Assembly (NCBI GenBank): GCA_002269645.1
Contig: NIVC01000438.1
Location: 411,379 to 475,378, forward strand
DNA length: 64,000 bases
Direction: 5' to 3'
Source of the DNA: Macrostomum lignano
Lineage: Eukaryota
The notes under the pieces are model-generated. The model had not been told where the DNA came from, did not search any database, and saw only the letters and a list, made by a program, of their open reading frames with translations. Below, piece after piece: positions 1-12,656 of this stretch. Position 1 is the first letter of the stretch. Each line of letters begins with the position of its first letter. The position numbers and the translations under genes were made by a program.

Positions 1-1935
1 AATCACCCCATTTAGAGTCGTGTCTGAATCGCCCCATTTAGAGTCGTGTCTGAATCACCCCATTTAGAGTCGTGTCTGAATCGCCCCATTTAGAGTCGTG
101 TTTGAATCACCCCATTTAGAGTCGTGTCTGAATCACCCCATTTAGAGTCGTGTCTGAATCACTCCATTTAGAGTCGTGTCTGAATCACCCCATTTAGAGT
201 CGTGTTTGAATCACCCCATTTAGAGTCGTGTCTGAATCACCCCATTTAGAGTCGTGTCTGAATCACCCCATTTAGAGTCGTGTCTGAATCGCCCCATTTA
301 GAGTCGTGTCTGAATCACTGCATTTAGAGTCGTGTCTGAATCGCTGCATTTAGAGTCGTGTCTGAATCGCTGCATTTAGAGTCGTGTCTGAATCACCCCA
401 TTTAGAGTCGTGTCTGAATCACCCCATTTAGAGTCGTGTCTGAATCACCCCATTTAGAGTCGTGTCTGAATCACCCCATTTAGAGTCGTGTCTGAATCAC
501 CCCATTTAGAGTCGTGTCTGAATCGCCCCATTTAGAGTCGTGTCTGAATCGCTGCATTTAGAGTCGTGTCTGAATCGCTGCATTTAGAGTCGTGTCTGAA
601 TCGCTGCATTTAGAGTCGTGTCTGAATCACCCCATTTAGAGTCGTGTCTGAATCACCCCATTTAGAGTCGTGTCTGAATCACCCCATTTAGAGTCGTGTC
701 TGAATCACCCCATTTAGAGTCGTGTCTGAATCACCCCACTTAGACTCGTGTCTGAATCACCCCATTTAGAGTCGTGTCTGAATCACCCCATTTAGAGTCG
801 TGTCTGAATCACCCCACTTAGAGTCGTGTCTGAATCACCCCATTTAGAGTCGTGTCTGAATCACCCCACTTAGAGTCGTGTCTGAATCACCCCACTTAGA
901 GTCGTGTCTGAATCACCCCACTTAGAGTCGTGTCTGAATCACCCCATTTAGAGTCGTGTCTGAATCACCCCATTTAGAGTCGTGTCTGAATCACCCCACT
1001 TAGAGTCGTGTCTGAATCACCACATTTAGAGTTGTGTTTGAATCACCCCATTTAGACTCGTGTCTGAATCACCCCATTTAGGCTCGTGTCTGAATCACCC
1101 CATTTAGAGTCGTGTCTGAATCACCCCATTTAGAGTCGTGTCTGAATCACCCCACTTAGAGTCGTGTCTGAATCACCCCATTTAGAGTCGTGTCTGAATC
1201 ACCCCACTTAGAGTCGTGTCTGAATCACCCCACTTAGAGTCGTGTCTGAATCACCCCACTTAGAGTCGTGTCTGAATCACCCCATTTAGAGTCGTGTCTG
1301 AATCACCCCATTTAGAGTCGTGTCTGAATCACCCACTTAGAGTCGTGTCTGAATCACCCCATTTAGAGTCGTGTCTGAATCACCCCATTTAGAGTCGTGT
1401 CTGAATCACCACATTTAGAGTTGTGTCTGAATCACCCCACTTAGAGTCGTGTCTGAATCACCCCACTTAGAGTCGTGTCTGAATCACCCCACTTAGAGTC
1501 GTGTCTGAATCACCCCATTTAGAGTCGTGTCTGAATCACCCCATTTAGAGTCGTGTCTGAATCACCCCACTTAGAGTCGTGTCTGAATCACCCCATTTAG
1601 AGTCGTGTCTGAATCACCCCATTTAGAGTCGTGTCTGAATCACCACATTTAGAGTTGTGTCTGAATCACCCCATTTAGAGTCGTGTCTGAATCACCCCAC
1701 TTAGAGTCGTGTCTGAATCACCCCACTTAGAGTCGTGTCTGAATCACCCCACTTAGAGTCGTGTCTGAATCACCCCATTTAGAGTCGTGTCTGAATCACC
1801 CCATTTAGAGTCGTGTCTGAATCACCCCACTTAGAGTCGTGTCTGAATCACCACATTTAGAGTTGTGTTTGAATCACCCCATTTAGACTCGTGTCTGAAT
1901 CACCCCATTTAGGCTCGTGTCCGAATCACTCCGCC
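1..1935. repeat. 26-bp tandem satellite (AATCACCCCATTTAGAGTCGTGTCTG)n, truncated by window start
   Basis: About 74 near-identical head-to-tail units with no unique spacers; units degenerate at the right edge (~1920-2020). Confidence 0.97.
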
Positions 1936-2775
1936 TAGAGTCGTGTCCAAATCGCTTTATTCAGAGTCACGCGTGAATAGGCCTTCATCTTGAGTTGTGT
2001 TTGAGTCAATCCAATCTAAAGTCCTGAGCAAATTCTCTATTGAATTTGTCAGCGCACCGAAGCACTTACTAAAAAGCTGCTTTTGAATTTCTTCGGCTAG
2101 AACTGGTCTGTAAGCCCCCCATTGTACTTTACTATAAACACGGCATAGAAGCGCTTATACAGTAGTGCTTCAGCTGCTAGGATAAAGGTGAGGCAGGATT
2201 GTCAATTGTAGATTTGATGGAGGGAGATCGCCGATAAGGATGGAAAGGAAGGAAGAACAGCAGCAAGTTGATAAAGTGGTTGTCCAATACTAGGAAACGG
2301 AAGCTTTATATTCCAAAGTGCAGCTTACTGAAGCGCGGTTGGAGGGTTAGAAAGTTAGACTTCTATAAATTCAAATCCATTTAACAGCTCCGGCTCACAC
2401 TTTAGCGATGAAAAATAGGGCATAAACAGATCAGAAACAGGCAGATAGAGACGAATAAACATACCTGATATTCTATCTATGGCACTAAAAAATAACTACA
2501 ACGTCAGCAATAAGTACAAGACAAGACACTTGCGATGACTCGCAATGCCACCGATTGGTAAATCCAATCAGAAGCAGCATCATCAAGAACAATGAAATAA
2601 AATCTTTATTGGAGTATTTTCGTCACGCAACAATCAATGTTGTAGTTTTTTCGCAATGAAAGGAAAATCAACGCGACAATCATAAAGCAGCAAAAAAAGA
2701 TCTCATGCTCAGGGAAGTACACAAGGACCTTGGGGGCTTGGCGTTCAAAGCCAAATAAATGGGTTTGGCAATCAC

Positions 2776-2918
2776 CTGAGCAGGCACACAAGCGCGCGGA
2801 TACGCACAGGCACACACTCACACAGGAGTGTACAGCGGCCCTAACTTTATTTAGTCGTTAGGCATGTACACTACACTGTGCCTTGGGGGTTGGCCCTCAA
2901 GGGCCTTGATTGCACAAG
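2776..2918 (-). mobile_element. Internal fragment of SINE family 1
   Basis: Matches the middle of the full-length copies at 28307-28686 and 62154-62531 (CTGAGCAGGCA..CAAGCGCGCGGATACG..GTTAGGCATGTACACT). Confidence 0.85.
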
Positions 2919-3001
2919 CATTGGGAATCCATTAGGCTACGGCGCTCGCAAATCAAACTCAGCCTCACCCTCTCCAGCTACACAGTTAAACAAAAAACAC
3001 T

Positions 3002-6000
3002 TCAAACAAAATCTTGCCGGGCCTCATCGGCTGACTCAACAGCCGGTGCAGCCAGCCACAGTGTCGGCCAGTCCTCAGGCACCGTGTCCGATCTGCTCAC
3101 TAAACGCGACGCCACATCTGAAGCGCACAGCAGGCGGAAACCGCACTCGCTCCTAGTCAGTCTAGTGAGCAAAGCAAGCAGAAGCAATGACCGGCTGTTC
3201 CCTGACCTCCTCCCGCCAGCGCTGTTGCCACCGCAGGAGCAGCAGACGCAGCAAAAGCAACAGCAGCAGCAGCAGGTCCTGGCGGAAGCCAAGCCTCCGC
3301 CGCCGCCGGACGCCCTCCAGTAGACCAAAACGACGATTCAACTGGAAACCGACAACAACAAGCGAGGCTTTAGCGTTAGTAAACTTCTTCCTCGTCTGCC
3401 AGGGCGCCAGCAGACTCCAAGGTGTCGCGGACCAATCGAGACTCAGCTCTTGTTGCTCCAGCCAACATCAGGGCGCTGCTACCGGAGGGTGCCAGACAGA
3501 CGAAACGCTGACGCCGCTGCGATCTGTCGGATTCTGAGCGCTTGGAATCACTGCTAAGCAGCAGATAGGGCTTCTCGGTTACCGACACAAGACGCTCTGA
3601 TTGGCTGGCTGGGTAGCCAGGAATCCGGGACGCCAACTGACCATGCAGCCGCGTTCAACAGTTCAAGAACCGCTAGGCGGGCGGAGCGGGCAGCAACAGG
3701 CGTGTCTGGTCGCCATGGAGACCCGCCAAGGCGAAGGTGCTTGTGCTGCTGTTGAAGCGGCTGCCGCTGCTGCTCTTCTAGGAGCTGCTCCTGTTGTTGC
3801 TGTTGTTGGCAAGGTGACCTTGAAGACTTGGTGAGTCGGTGGTACATGGCAGAAAGCAGGGCTTGGTCCGCTGCAAGTAATTAAAATTGAATTACTGCAT
3901 TTTTATAATCTGTTTTTTCTGCCTTATGGCCTTGACTTTCACTCTTGTTCTTACTGTCTTTCCGTCTCCATTCTTCCTTGCGCAACTTGCAGTCTTCTTA
4001 CATTAGCTACTGTCCAAAACTGCCTCTCTCTACCTTTATATATCTTCTTTCTTTCTAACTAACACCCCTTTCCCTCTCCCTCGCTCTGTCCCTGCCCTTC
4101 CATCTTCCCCCCTCTCCCTCTCTACACCCTCTCCCTCTCTACACCCTCTCCCTCTCTTTCCCCCTCTCCCCCTCTTTCCCCCTCTCCCTCTCTTTCCCCT
4201 CCCCCTCTCTTTCCCCCTCTCCCTCTCTTTCCCCTCCCCCTCTCTTTCCCCCTCTTCCTCTCTTTCCCCTCTCCCTCTCTTTCCCCTCTCCCTCTCTTTC
4301 CCCTCTCCCTCTCTTTCCCCTCTCCCTCTCTTTCCCCTCTCCCTCTCTTTCCCCTCTCCCTCTCTTTCCCCTCTCCCTCTCTTTCCCCTCTCCCTCTCTT
4401 TCCCCTCTCCCTCTCTTTCCCCTCTCCCTCTCTTTCCCCTCTCCCTTTCTTTCCCCCTCTCCCTCTCTACACCCTCTCCCTCTCTTTCCCCTCTCCCTCT
4501 CTTTCCCCTCTCCCTCTCTTTCCCCTCTCCCTCTCTTTCCCCTCTCCCTCTCTTTCCTCTCTCCCTTTCTTTCCCCCTCTCCCTCTCTACACCCTCTCCC
4601 TCTCTTTCCCCCTCTCCCTCTCTTTCCCCTCTCCCTCTCTACACCCTCTCCCTCTCTTCCCCCTCTCCCTCTCTACACCCTCACCCCCTCTTTCCCCCTC
4701 TTCCTCTCTACACCCTCTCCCTCTCTTTCCCCTCTCTACCCCATCCCCCTCTCTACCCCCTCTCCCTCGCTATCCCCTTCTCCTCTCTACCCCACCTCCC
4801 TTACTACCCCTCTCCTCTCTACCCCCTCATCCTCTCTACCCCATCTCCCTCGACTTTCTCGATCCCCTCTCCCTCTACACCCGATCCTCCTATCGCATCT
4901 CCCACTAGGTACTGCTCGATAGGCAACCTACACGGCAACAGTCGCACATAATCTGGCGGCGAAAATCCCAACAATCGATAGCGACAATCCAACTTAGTAG
5001 CCAAATTAGTCGCATTTCTCTCGCCCTCGCCTTCGCCTTTGTTGAATTGATGAATCTTTCCAATCTCGCCGCCGTTTTCTCCTCCATTCTTGCGAACCAG
5101 ACGTTCACCCCTGACCGAACGCGAGTAGAAAAACAGACAGCTGGGCTGGCTCGCTCTCACGCAGCAGGCCATGGCCAGCCGCCATCTCACTCCATCGGCT
5201 CTGTCGTCTCTGGCTTCTTTAATATCGCCAATGGCGGCTGCGCAGGCGGCCAGACACTGCGACGCGTCACGCAATTCCCGTTCGTAGGCGTTCCACGGAT
5301 TACCTCGAAGACGCAGCTCGGTAGTTCCCTGCTGCTGCTCATTGAGCTGATTGTCTGAGTAGGGGAAATTTCACACGGTGCGGCCGTCTTCCATAAAACA
5401 ATTTATTCTATAAGTTGCAGGACCATGTCTGTCTATTCCACAGTGTACTCTCAGCTTCTCACAATGCCTCACCATTGTCTCAGCCTTACTATAGCACAGT
5501 CTTGTCCACCACAGCCTCACTCTACCACAGCCTCACTCTATTACAGTCTCACTCTATTACAGTCTCACTCTACCACAGCCTCACTCTACCACAGCCTCAC
5601 TCTACCAGTCTCACTCTATTACAGTCTCACTCTACCACAGTCTCACTCTACCAGTCTCACTCTACCACAGCCTCACTCTACCACAGCCTCACTCTACCAC
5701 AGCCTCACTCTACCACAGCCTCACTCTACCACAGCCTCACTCTACCACAGCCTCACTCTACCACAGTCTCATTCTACCACAGTCTCATTCTACCACAGCC
5801 TCACTCTACCACAGCCTCAATCTACCACAGTCTCACTCTACCAGTCTCACTCTACCACAGTCTCACTCTACCAGTCTCACTCTACCACAGCCTCACTCTA
5901 CCACAGCCTCACTCTACCACAGCCTCACTCTACCACAGCCTCACTCTACCACAGTCTCATTCTACCACAGTCTCATTCTACCACAGCCTCACTCTACCAC

Positions 6001-8567
6001 AGCCTCAATCTACCACAGTCTCACTCTACCAGTCTCACTCTACCACAGCCTCACTCTACCACAGCCTCACTCTACCACAGTCTCATTCTACCACAGTCTC
6101 ATTCTACCACAGCCTCACTCTATTACAGTCTCACTCTACCACAGCCTCACTCTACCAGTCTCACTCTACCACAGTCTCACTCTACCAGTCTCACTCTACC
6201 ACAGCCTCACTCTACCAGTCTCACTCTACCACAGCCTCACTCTACCACAGCCTCACTCTACCACAGCCTCACTCTACCACAGCCTCACTCTACCACAGCC
6301 TCACTCTACCACAGTCTCATTCTACCACAGCCTCACTCTACCACAGCCTCACTCTATTACAGTCTCACTCTACCACAGCCTCACTCTACCACAGTCTCAC
6401 TCTACCACAGCCTCACTCTACCACAGCCTCACTCTATTACAGTCTCACTCTACCACAGCCTCACTCTACCACAGCCTCACTCTATTACAGTCTCACTCTA
6501 CCACAGCCTCATTCTACCACAGCCTCACTCTACCACAGTCTCACTCTACCACAGCCTCACTCTACCACAGCCTCACTCTACCACAGTCTCATTCTACCAC
6601 AGCCTCACTCTACCACAGCCTCACTCTACCACAGTCTCATTCTACCACAGCCTCACTCTATTACAGTCTCACTCTACCACAGCCTCACTCTATTACAGTC
6701 TCACTCTACCACAGCCTCACTCTACCACAGTCTCATTCTACCAGAGCCTCACTCTACCACAGCCTCACTCTACCACAGCCTCACTCTATTACAGTCTCAC
6801 TCTATTACAGTCTCACTTTACCACAGTCTCATTCTACCACAGCCTCACTCTACCACAGCCTCACTCTACCACAGCCACACTCTACCACAGCCTCACTCTA
6901 CCACAGCCTCACTCTATTACAGTCTCACTCTATTACAGCCTCACTCTACCACAGTCTCACTCTACCAGTCTCACTCTACCACAGCCTCACTCTACCACAG
7001 CCTCACTCTACCACAGTCTCATTCTACCACAGTCTCACTCTACCACAGCCTCACTCTACCACAGCCTCACTCTACCACAGCCTCACTCTACCACAGTCTC
7101 ACTCTACCACAGCCTCACTCTACCACAGCCTCACTCTACCAGTCTCACTCTACCACAGTCTCACTCTACCAGTCTCACTCTACCACAGCCTCACTCTACC
7201 ACAGCCTCACTCTACCAGTCTCACTCTACCACAGTCTCACTCTACCAGTCTCACTCTACCACAGCCTCACTCTACCACAGCCTCACTCTACCACAGTCTC
7301 ATTCTACCACAGCCTCACTCTACCACAGCCTCACTCTACCACAGCCTCAATCTACCACAGCCTCACTCTACCACAGCCTCACTCTACCACAGCCTCACTC
7401 TACCACAGCCTCACTCTACCACAGCCTCACTCTACCACAGCCCACTCTACCACAGTCTCACTCTACCACAGCCTCACTCTACCACAGTCTCACTCTACCA
7501 GTCTCACTCTACCACAGTCTCATTCTACCACAGCCTCACTCTACCAGTCTCACTCTACCACAGCCTCACTCTACCACAGCCTCACTCTACCACAGCCTCA
7601 CTCTACCACAGCCTCACTCTACCACAGCCTCACTCTACCACAGTCTCATTCTACCACAGCCTCACTCTACCACAGTCTCATTCTACCACAGTCTCACTCT
7701 ATTACAGTCTCACTCTACCACAGCCTCACTCTACCACAGTCTCATTCTACCACAACCTCACTCTACCACAGCCTCACTCTACCACAGTCTCATTCTACCA
7801 CAGCCTCACTCTACCACAGCCTCACTCTACCACAGCCTCACTCTACCACAGCCTCACTCTACCACAGCCTCACTCTACCACAGCCTCACTCTATTACAGT
7901 CTCACTCTACCACAGCCTCACTCTACCACAGTCTCATTCACAACGTCTCTCACACTCTTAACCCACCGTGAGAGCAGCCGGGGGCCCCAGCAGCCGCAGG
8001 CCGGAGTCCCTTTGGCCAACACCGCTGCACAGCCCCAACCACAGCATCGTACGCCCCAGGCGGCGGTCTGCCCAGCAAAGTGAGTCGATCAGAGCAGCTC
8101 GGCGCCAGGCAAAACACTTCAGTCTCCGGCAGAGGCGATTGCTTCGTCAATAACCAGATGCACAATTGCGAGCGTCTCAACGTCTCCATAGCAACTGGAT
8201 GACGCCAGCCGGCTCTAAATAAAGATTGCAACAATTGGCTAAGAGCGTGCTTAGCCATCTGGTCGATCTCGCGAGGGCACTGACTGTGCCACGGCTGGCC
8301 CTGCAGTTTCGCTGTCCACAGTCGACCATCGTGATTGCACCACTTCAGTCCGGGCCGGTAGCTCTGCGCCAAAGCTGATTGCATCAGCGCCGCGGTGTCC
8401 GGGTCGCAGTTGCAGGCTTGGAGGCCGCTGCTGCCGCGCAGACTCAGCGTCATCAGCCAGTCAGCCGGTGTCGTGTCGCCTAGAGGTCCGGTGTGGCCGC
8501 CGTGACGCCGGCGACCCCGATGGTGATTCTGACGATTTGCGACACCACTGCTGGCTTGGTTGCCCAT
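3002..8567 (-). CDS. Uncharacterised protein of ~4 tandem ~120-aa repeats (LxLxGxPW ... GWrL ... tlff), N-terminal MGNQAS; exons 8567-7967, 5354-4932, 3870-~3002, last exon with apparent frameshifts
   Basis: Phase-compatible GT-AG junctions (CAC G|gtgggt...ctcag|AC; T|gtaggt...ttgcag|CG). Recurring motifs KLQGQPW, RLRGNPW, RLGGSPW; FCLAPSCSDRLTLLG and FVCLAPSGSSALMLAG; RAGWRH, VRWRLA, CGFRLLCASD. Confidence 0.7.
4070..4880. repeat. Polypyrimidine (CCCCTCTCCCTCTCTTT-like) minisatellite in intron 2 of the repeat-domain gene
   Basis: ~17-bp C/T-only units visible directly. Confidence 0.9.
5500..7940. repeat. 16/13-bp minisatellite (CTCACTCTACCACAGC)n filling intron 1 of the repeat-domain gene
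   Basis: About 150 units. The two 848-aa ORFs here are translations of the repeat. Confidence 0.97.
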
Positions 8568-8649
8568 TCCGGCTATTGTGCAGGCCGGCTAGGGCTGCCG
8601 GATGCAGCAAAGTTTGGTTGATTGGAGTAGGAGAATTCTGCGGGTGGTT

Positions 8650-9097
8650 GGTGCGATAGTGAGGGGTCTGAACTGGCTGTGTGGGGGGTTGGTGCGATAG
8701 TGAGGGGTCTGAACTGGTTCTGTGGGGTTGGTGCGATAGTGAGGGGTCTGAACTGGTTCTGTGGGGGGTTGGTGCGATAGTGAGGGGTCTGAACTGGCTA
8801 TGTGGGGTGTTGGTGCGATAATGAGGGGTCTGAACTGGCTGTGTGGGGGGTTGGTGCGATAGTGAGGGGTCTGAACTGGTTCTGTGGGGTTGGTGCGATA
8901 GTGAGGGGTCTGAACTGGTTCTGTGGGGGGTTGGTGCGATAGTGAGGGGTCTGAACTGGCTGTGTGGGGTGTTGGTGCGATAATGAGGGGTCTGAACTGG
9001 TTCTGTGGGGGTTGGTGCGATAGTGAGGGGTCTGAACTGGTTCTGTGGGGGTTGGTGCGATAGTGAGAGGTCTGAACTGGCTGTGTGGGGGGTTGGT
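8650..9097. repeat. ~40-bp minisatellite (GTTGGTGCGATAGTGAGGGGTCTGAACTGGTTCTGTGGGG)n
   Basis: About 11 units just upstream of the ATG at 8567. Confidence 0.95.
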
Positions 9098-10094
9098 GAA
9101 AAGTTTGTTTTCAAAATTCACTGGCATGGGATTTGGGTAACTTAGCGGTTCGAATCGGTCAAAACAACGTAAAAATGTAAATCGTAAATCGTAACAAGCA
9201 AAGAATCGGTGAGAGCCACTTGCATCTAAGAAACATTAGAGCATGAAAGTACGCAATCAGGTACATGTAAACTGTCGAAACTCCTACTCTAGACCACCAA
9301 GCCTCTGCTCTCCCTCCCTCCCACTCTGCACAACATTCTATCCCAAGCTTGGTTTCTACCCATTCTCTATTCTTGTCCCTTCTCTCTTTCTCTCTCTCTC
9401 TTGCGCGCGACAGGGCGGATGCTGCGTGCGCGAAGATGCCATGCAACTGCCTCAGATGCTACTCTTCTTATATCGATCCACGAATCTCACACACTGCATG
9501 GGCTAGGCTAACCCAACAGCCGCAGTACTGTCCGTCCCTGCAGTTAGCCACCGGGATTTAGCGATTGCATTTCGGCAAGGCTATTTTTAGAATTGCATAT
9601 ACTCGTATTACAGTTCTACAAAAATGTAGGCAGAGTAGAGCATAGATAGCCGACATCGGCCTGTCCCACCCCAAATATCCTACACAGATAGAGCGAGTCT
9701 CAGAGCACGCAATGTGGCGTGAATTTCCTAATTGTCTTAACATTAAAGCATCTCTTGTAAAAAAAAATTCTTGCTGAGACTGTGATTGTAAGTCAATTTT
9801 ATAATTCTTTTCGAGAACAAGACTATTTTTTTATCTTACTATCCAAATTCTTAAAAGTACAAATCAGATTCAAGGATCTCGTCGTGTGTCGGACGCATCT
9901 GGATTCAATCAGCTTTTCCCGCTTTGATTATTTTTTGTCTAGGATCAGATTACACCCGTTGGGAAATATGTAATTCCCAGATTAATTATGGCAATCCTTG
10001 ATTGGATTGAATACCACACTAGAGAAATTTGCAGTGCTCAGAATGGATTGGTGCGGATATCTAGATATTCATTTCGAGTTGTTTTTTGTTATTC

Positions 10095-10387
10095 GTCCTC
10101 TATCCCTCTCTCTCTCTCTCCTCTGTCTCATCTCTGTCGCTTTCCCCCTGTCTCATTTCTATCCCTCTCTCCCCGTCTCATCTCTATCCCTCTGTCCCCC
10201 TGCCTTATATCTCTCTCTCTCTCTCTCTCCCACTGTCTCATCTCTCTCCCCCTGTCTCATCTCTCATCTCTATCCCTCTGTCCCCCTGCCTTATCTCTCT
10301 CTCTCTCTCTCTCTCTCTCCCACTGTCTCATCTCTCTTCCCCTGTCTCATCTCTATCCCTCTCTCTCTTTCCTCTGTCTCATCTCTG

Positions 10388-10448
<61 letters not shown>

Positions 10449-10559
10449 AGTCTCATTTCTATCCCTCTGTCCCCCTGCCTTATCTATCTCTCTCTCCCAC
10501 TGTCTCATCTCTCTTCCCCTGTCTCATCTCTATCCCTCTCTCCCCCTGTCTCATCTCTA

Positions 10560-10622
<63 letters not shown>

Positions 10623-10960
10623 TTCTCTTTCTATCTCTACCCTTTCTCATCTCTCTCCCCTCTCTTATCTCTATCTCTCTCGCCTCTCTCATCTCTATTC
10701 ATCTGTCTCCCCCCCCTCTCATCTGCATCTGTATCTTTTCACTCTCGCATCTCTATCTCTATCTCTCCCCTTTCTCATCTCTATCCCCCACTCTCCCCTC
10801 TCTTAGCTCGTACCGTATCTCAATCTCTCTCTCCGCTCTCATCTCAATCTTTACCATTTCTCATCTCTATCCTCCTCTCTCCCCTCTCTTAAGGTATCTC
10901 ATCTCTCTCCTCTCTCATCTCTATCTCTCTTTCCCCTCTTTCATTTCTATCTCCTCTCCC
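10095..10960. repeat. CT-rich low-complexity tract with pure (CT)n runs
   Basis: Direct sequence; the S/L-rich ORFs are artefacts. Confidence 0.9.
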
Positions 10961-11552
10961 TTAACGTCTCTGTTGTTACTTTGAATACTTAAATGAGAGC
11001 TAAGCAGCAAATGAAAAACTTGACGAAGCAAGTGCCAGAAAAAACTCAATATTTCCTCACCTTTAAAGGCGCACAATTTAATGAAAATAGTTGAATCTTT
11101 AATTCAGCCACTTGCTTCTACGAAGAATTTTGGTTAAATAGACGCTGATATATTTCATTGGCTAAATATGGATAAATATATGGATACGGGTTGCTAAACT
11201 ATAAGATTCCTTTAGCTGTTATATACTGGAAAATGATGAAGGAAATGGGAAGAAAATAAAGAAGAATGCTTTCTGAATTGATGATATATCTCTCTCTCGC
11301 TCCAAGGGATTTTATATCTGCATCTGGACGGCTGTGGGAGGGGTGGGCGAGGGTTGGAGGGAGACGAAAGTAGAAACGGGGAGGGACGGCAAATCAGGGA
11401 ACGGAATTCGTTAGATACGCTGCTCCCAGCTGTCCCTGTCAAGGCCTCCTTAAAGTAGAATCTGGATTGGAAGCGTCTTTTACAAGCCTATTTATAGTAG
11501 TTTACAAACCTTTATTACTCACATTTGACAATTGATAGAAGTCTTGAAATTC

Positions 11553-11812
11553 TAATAGCCCAGCGCGCTGATGTGTCAGCGGCCCAGGCTCGATTCCAAG
11601 TGCAGTCAGATTAGTTTGGGGATAAATTGGAATCTCAGCCTGGCTCTGCTCGTGTTGTTTAACGTTAGGGCCGTAAGTGTAAGTGTGCGATTGTGCATAG
11701 CTTGTATGCCTGCTCAGGGGAGTCGGCGGAATGGGCAGTAATCCCCCTCGCCGATTGTGTGACAATGTCGCTTAAAGTGCGCCAGGGTGCACACAGCCCC
11801 TCGCCTGACTAT
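11553..11812 (+). mobile_element. SINE family 1, internally deleted older copy
   Basis: Retains head (TAGCCCAGCG..GGCTCGATTCCAAGTGCAGTCA) and 3' part (GCTTGTATGCCTGCTCAGGGGAGTCGGCGGAATGGGC..GTCGCTTAAAGTGCGCCAGGG); middle missing. Confidence 0.88.
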
Positions 11813-12297
11813 AAGTATCTTCTAACTAAGAGATGATCCGCAGAAATGCATTTTGGTGAGTGAGTTGCTACAAGTACTCCAGTTATTGACTCGGGGAGTC
11901 TTCGGCTCAGTCCAGCGCATGGTGGATTCCGTGTGCAAATAGGGAATAGAGAAAGAGATTAAGATCGCGCTTCACCCATGCGAATCTGAAGCGCGCGCGC
12001 GCACAATTCTTGACTGAATATTAATGGGGTCGCAGCCTAATGCATTATTACTGAGCCGATCTTCTCTTTGCTGTGTATATATAGGCACTTAAAATGCTTC
12101 TCTCGTGACTGCGCAATTATAAACTACTTGCCGAGCAGAAAATAAGCCTTGCTCCATTAACAGTCGGGGAGAGTCATCTAATCCTCAAGAGCCGTTGAGA
12201 GCGCAATCGGGGAACAGTATCCGGAGCCCTCTGCTACAAAATCGTCACGAACTGGACTTGAGAAAATGCGGGACCAAATTCGTAAGGATACAAGATA

Positions 12298-12656
12298 GGG
12301 GGGCCGTAGCCCAGCGGTAGCGCAGCTGCTCTGGTGTGCCAGCGACCCAGGCTCGATTCCAAGTGCAGTCACATTAATTTGGGGCTGAATTGGAATCTCG
12401 GCTTGGCTCTGCTCGTGCAATTAACGGCCTTGAGAGCCAACCCCCCAAGGCGCAGTGAAGTGTACATGCCTAACGATAATATAAAGTTAGGGCCGCTGTA
12501 CACTCTTGTGTGAGTGTGTGCCTGCGTACGTATCCGCGCGCTTGTATGCCTGCTCAGGGGAGTCGGCGGAATGGGCAGTAATGCCTCTCGCCGGTTGTGT
12601 GCCTATGTCGCTTAAAGTGCGCCAGGGTGCACACAACCCCCTGCCTCTAATAAAAA
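12298..12656 (+). mobile_element. SINE family 1, full length, tRNA-derived head, A-rich tail, 14-bp TSD
   Basis: A-box-like TAGCCCAGCGG, B-box-like GGCTCGATTCC, tail TAATAAAAAA; TSD AAGGATACAAGATA at 12284-12297 and 12657-12670. Confidence 0.93.

Noticed and set aside
1-1935. CRISPR-like appearance of the 26-bp array (and other minisatellites)
   Set aside because: Units are contiguous with no unique spacers, there are no cas genes, and the context is eukaryotic.
5415-7971. Two 848-aa His/Ser/Thr/Leu-rich ORFs
   Set aside because: Translations of a 16-bp minisatellite lying in an intron on the opposite strand.
12298-12375. Possible tRNA genes at SINE heads (also 55169-55240)
   Set aside because: No complete cloverleaf; each continues into a repeated SINE body with a tail (and TSD for family 1).
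12540-12610. HDV-like ribozyme inside SINE family 1
   Set aside because: GGAATGGG precedes the TCTCGCC loop (wrong order); only a simple hairpin CTGCTCA/TGGGCAG forms.
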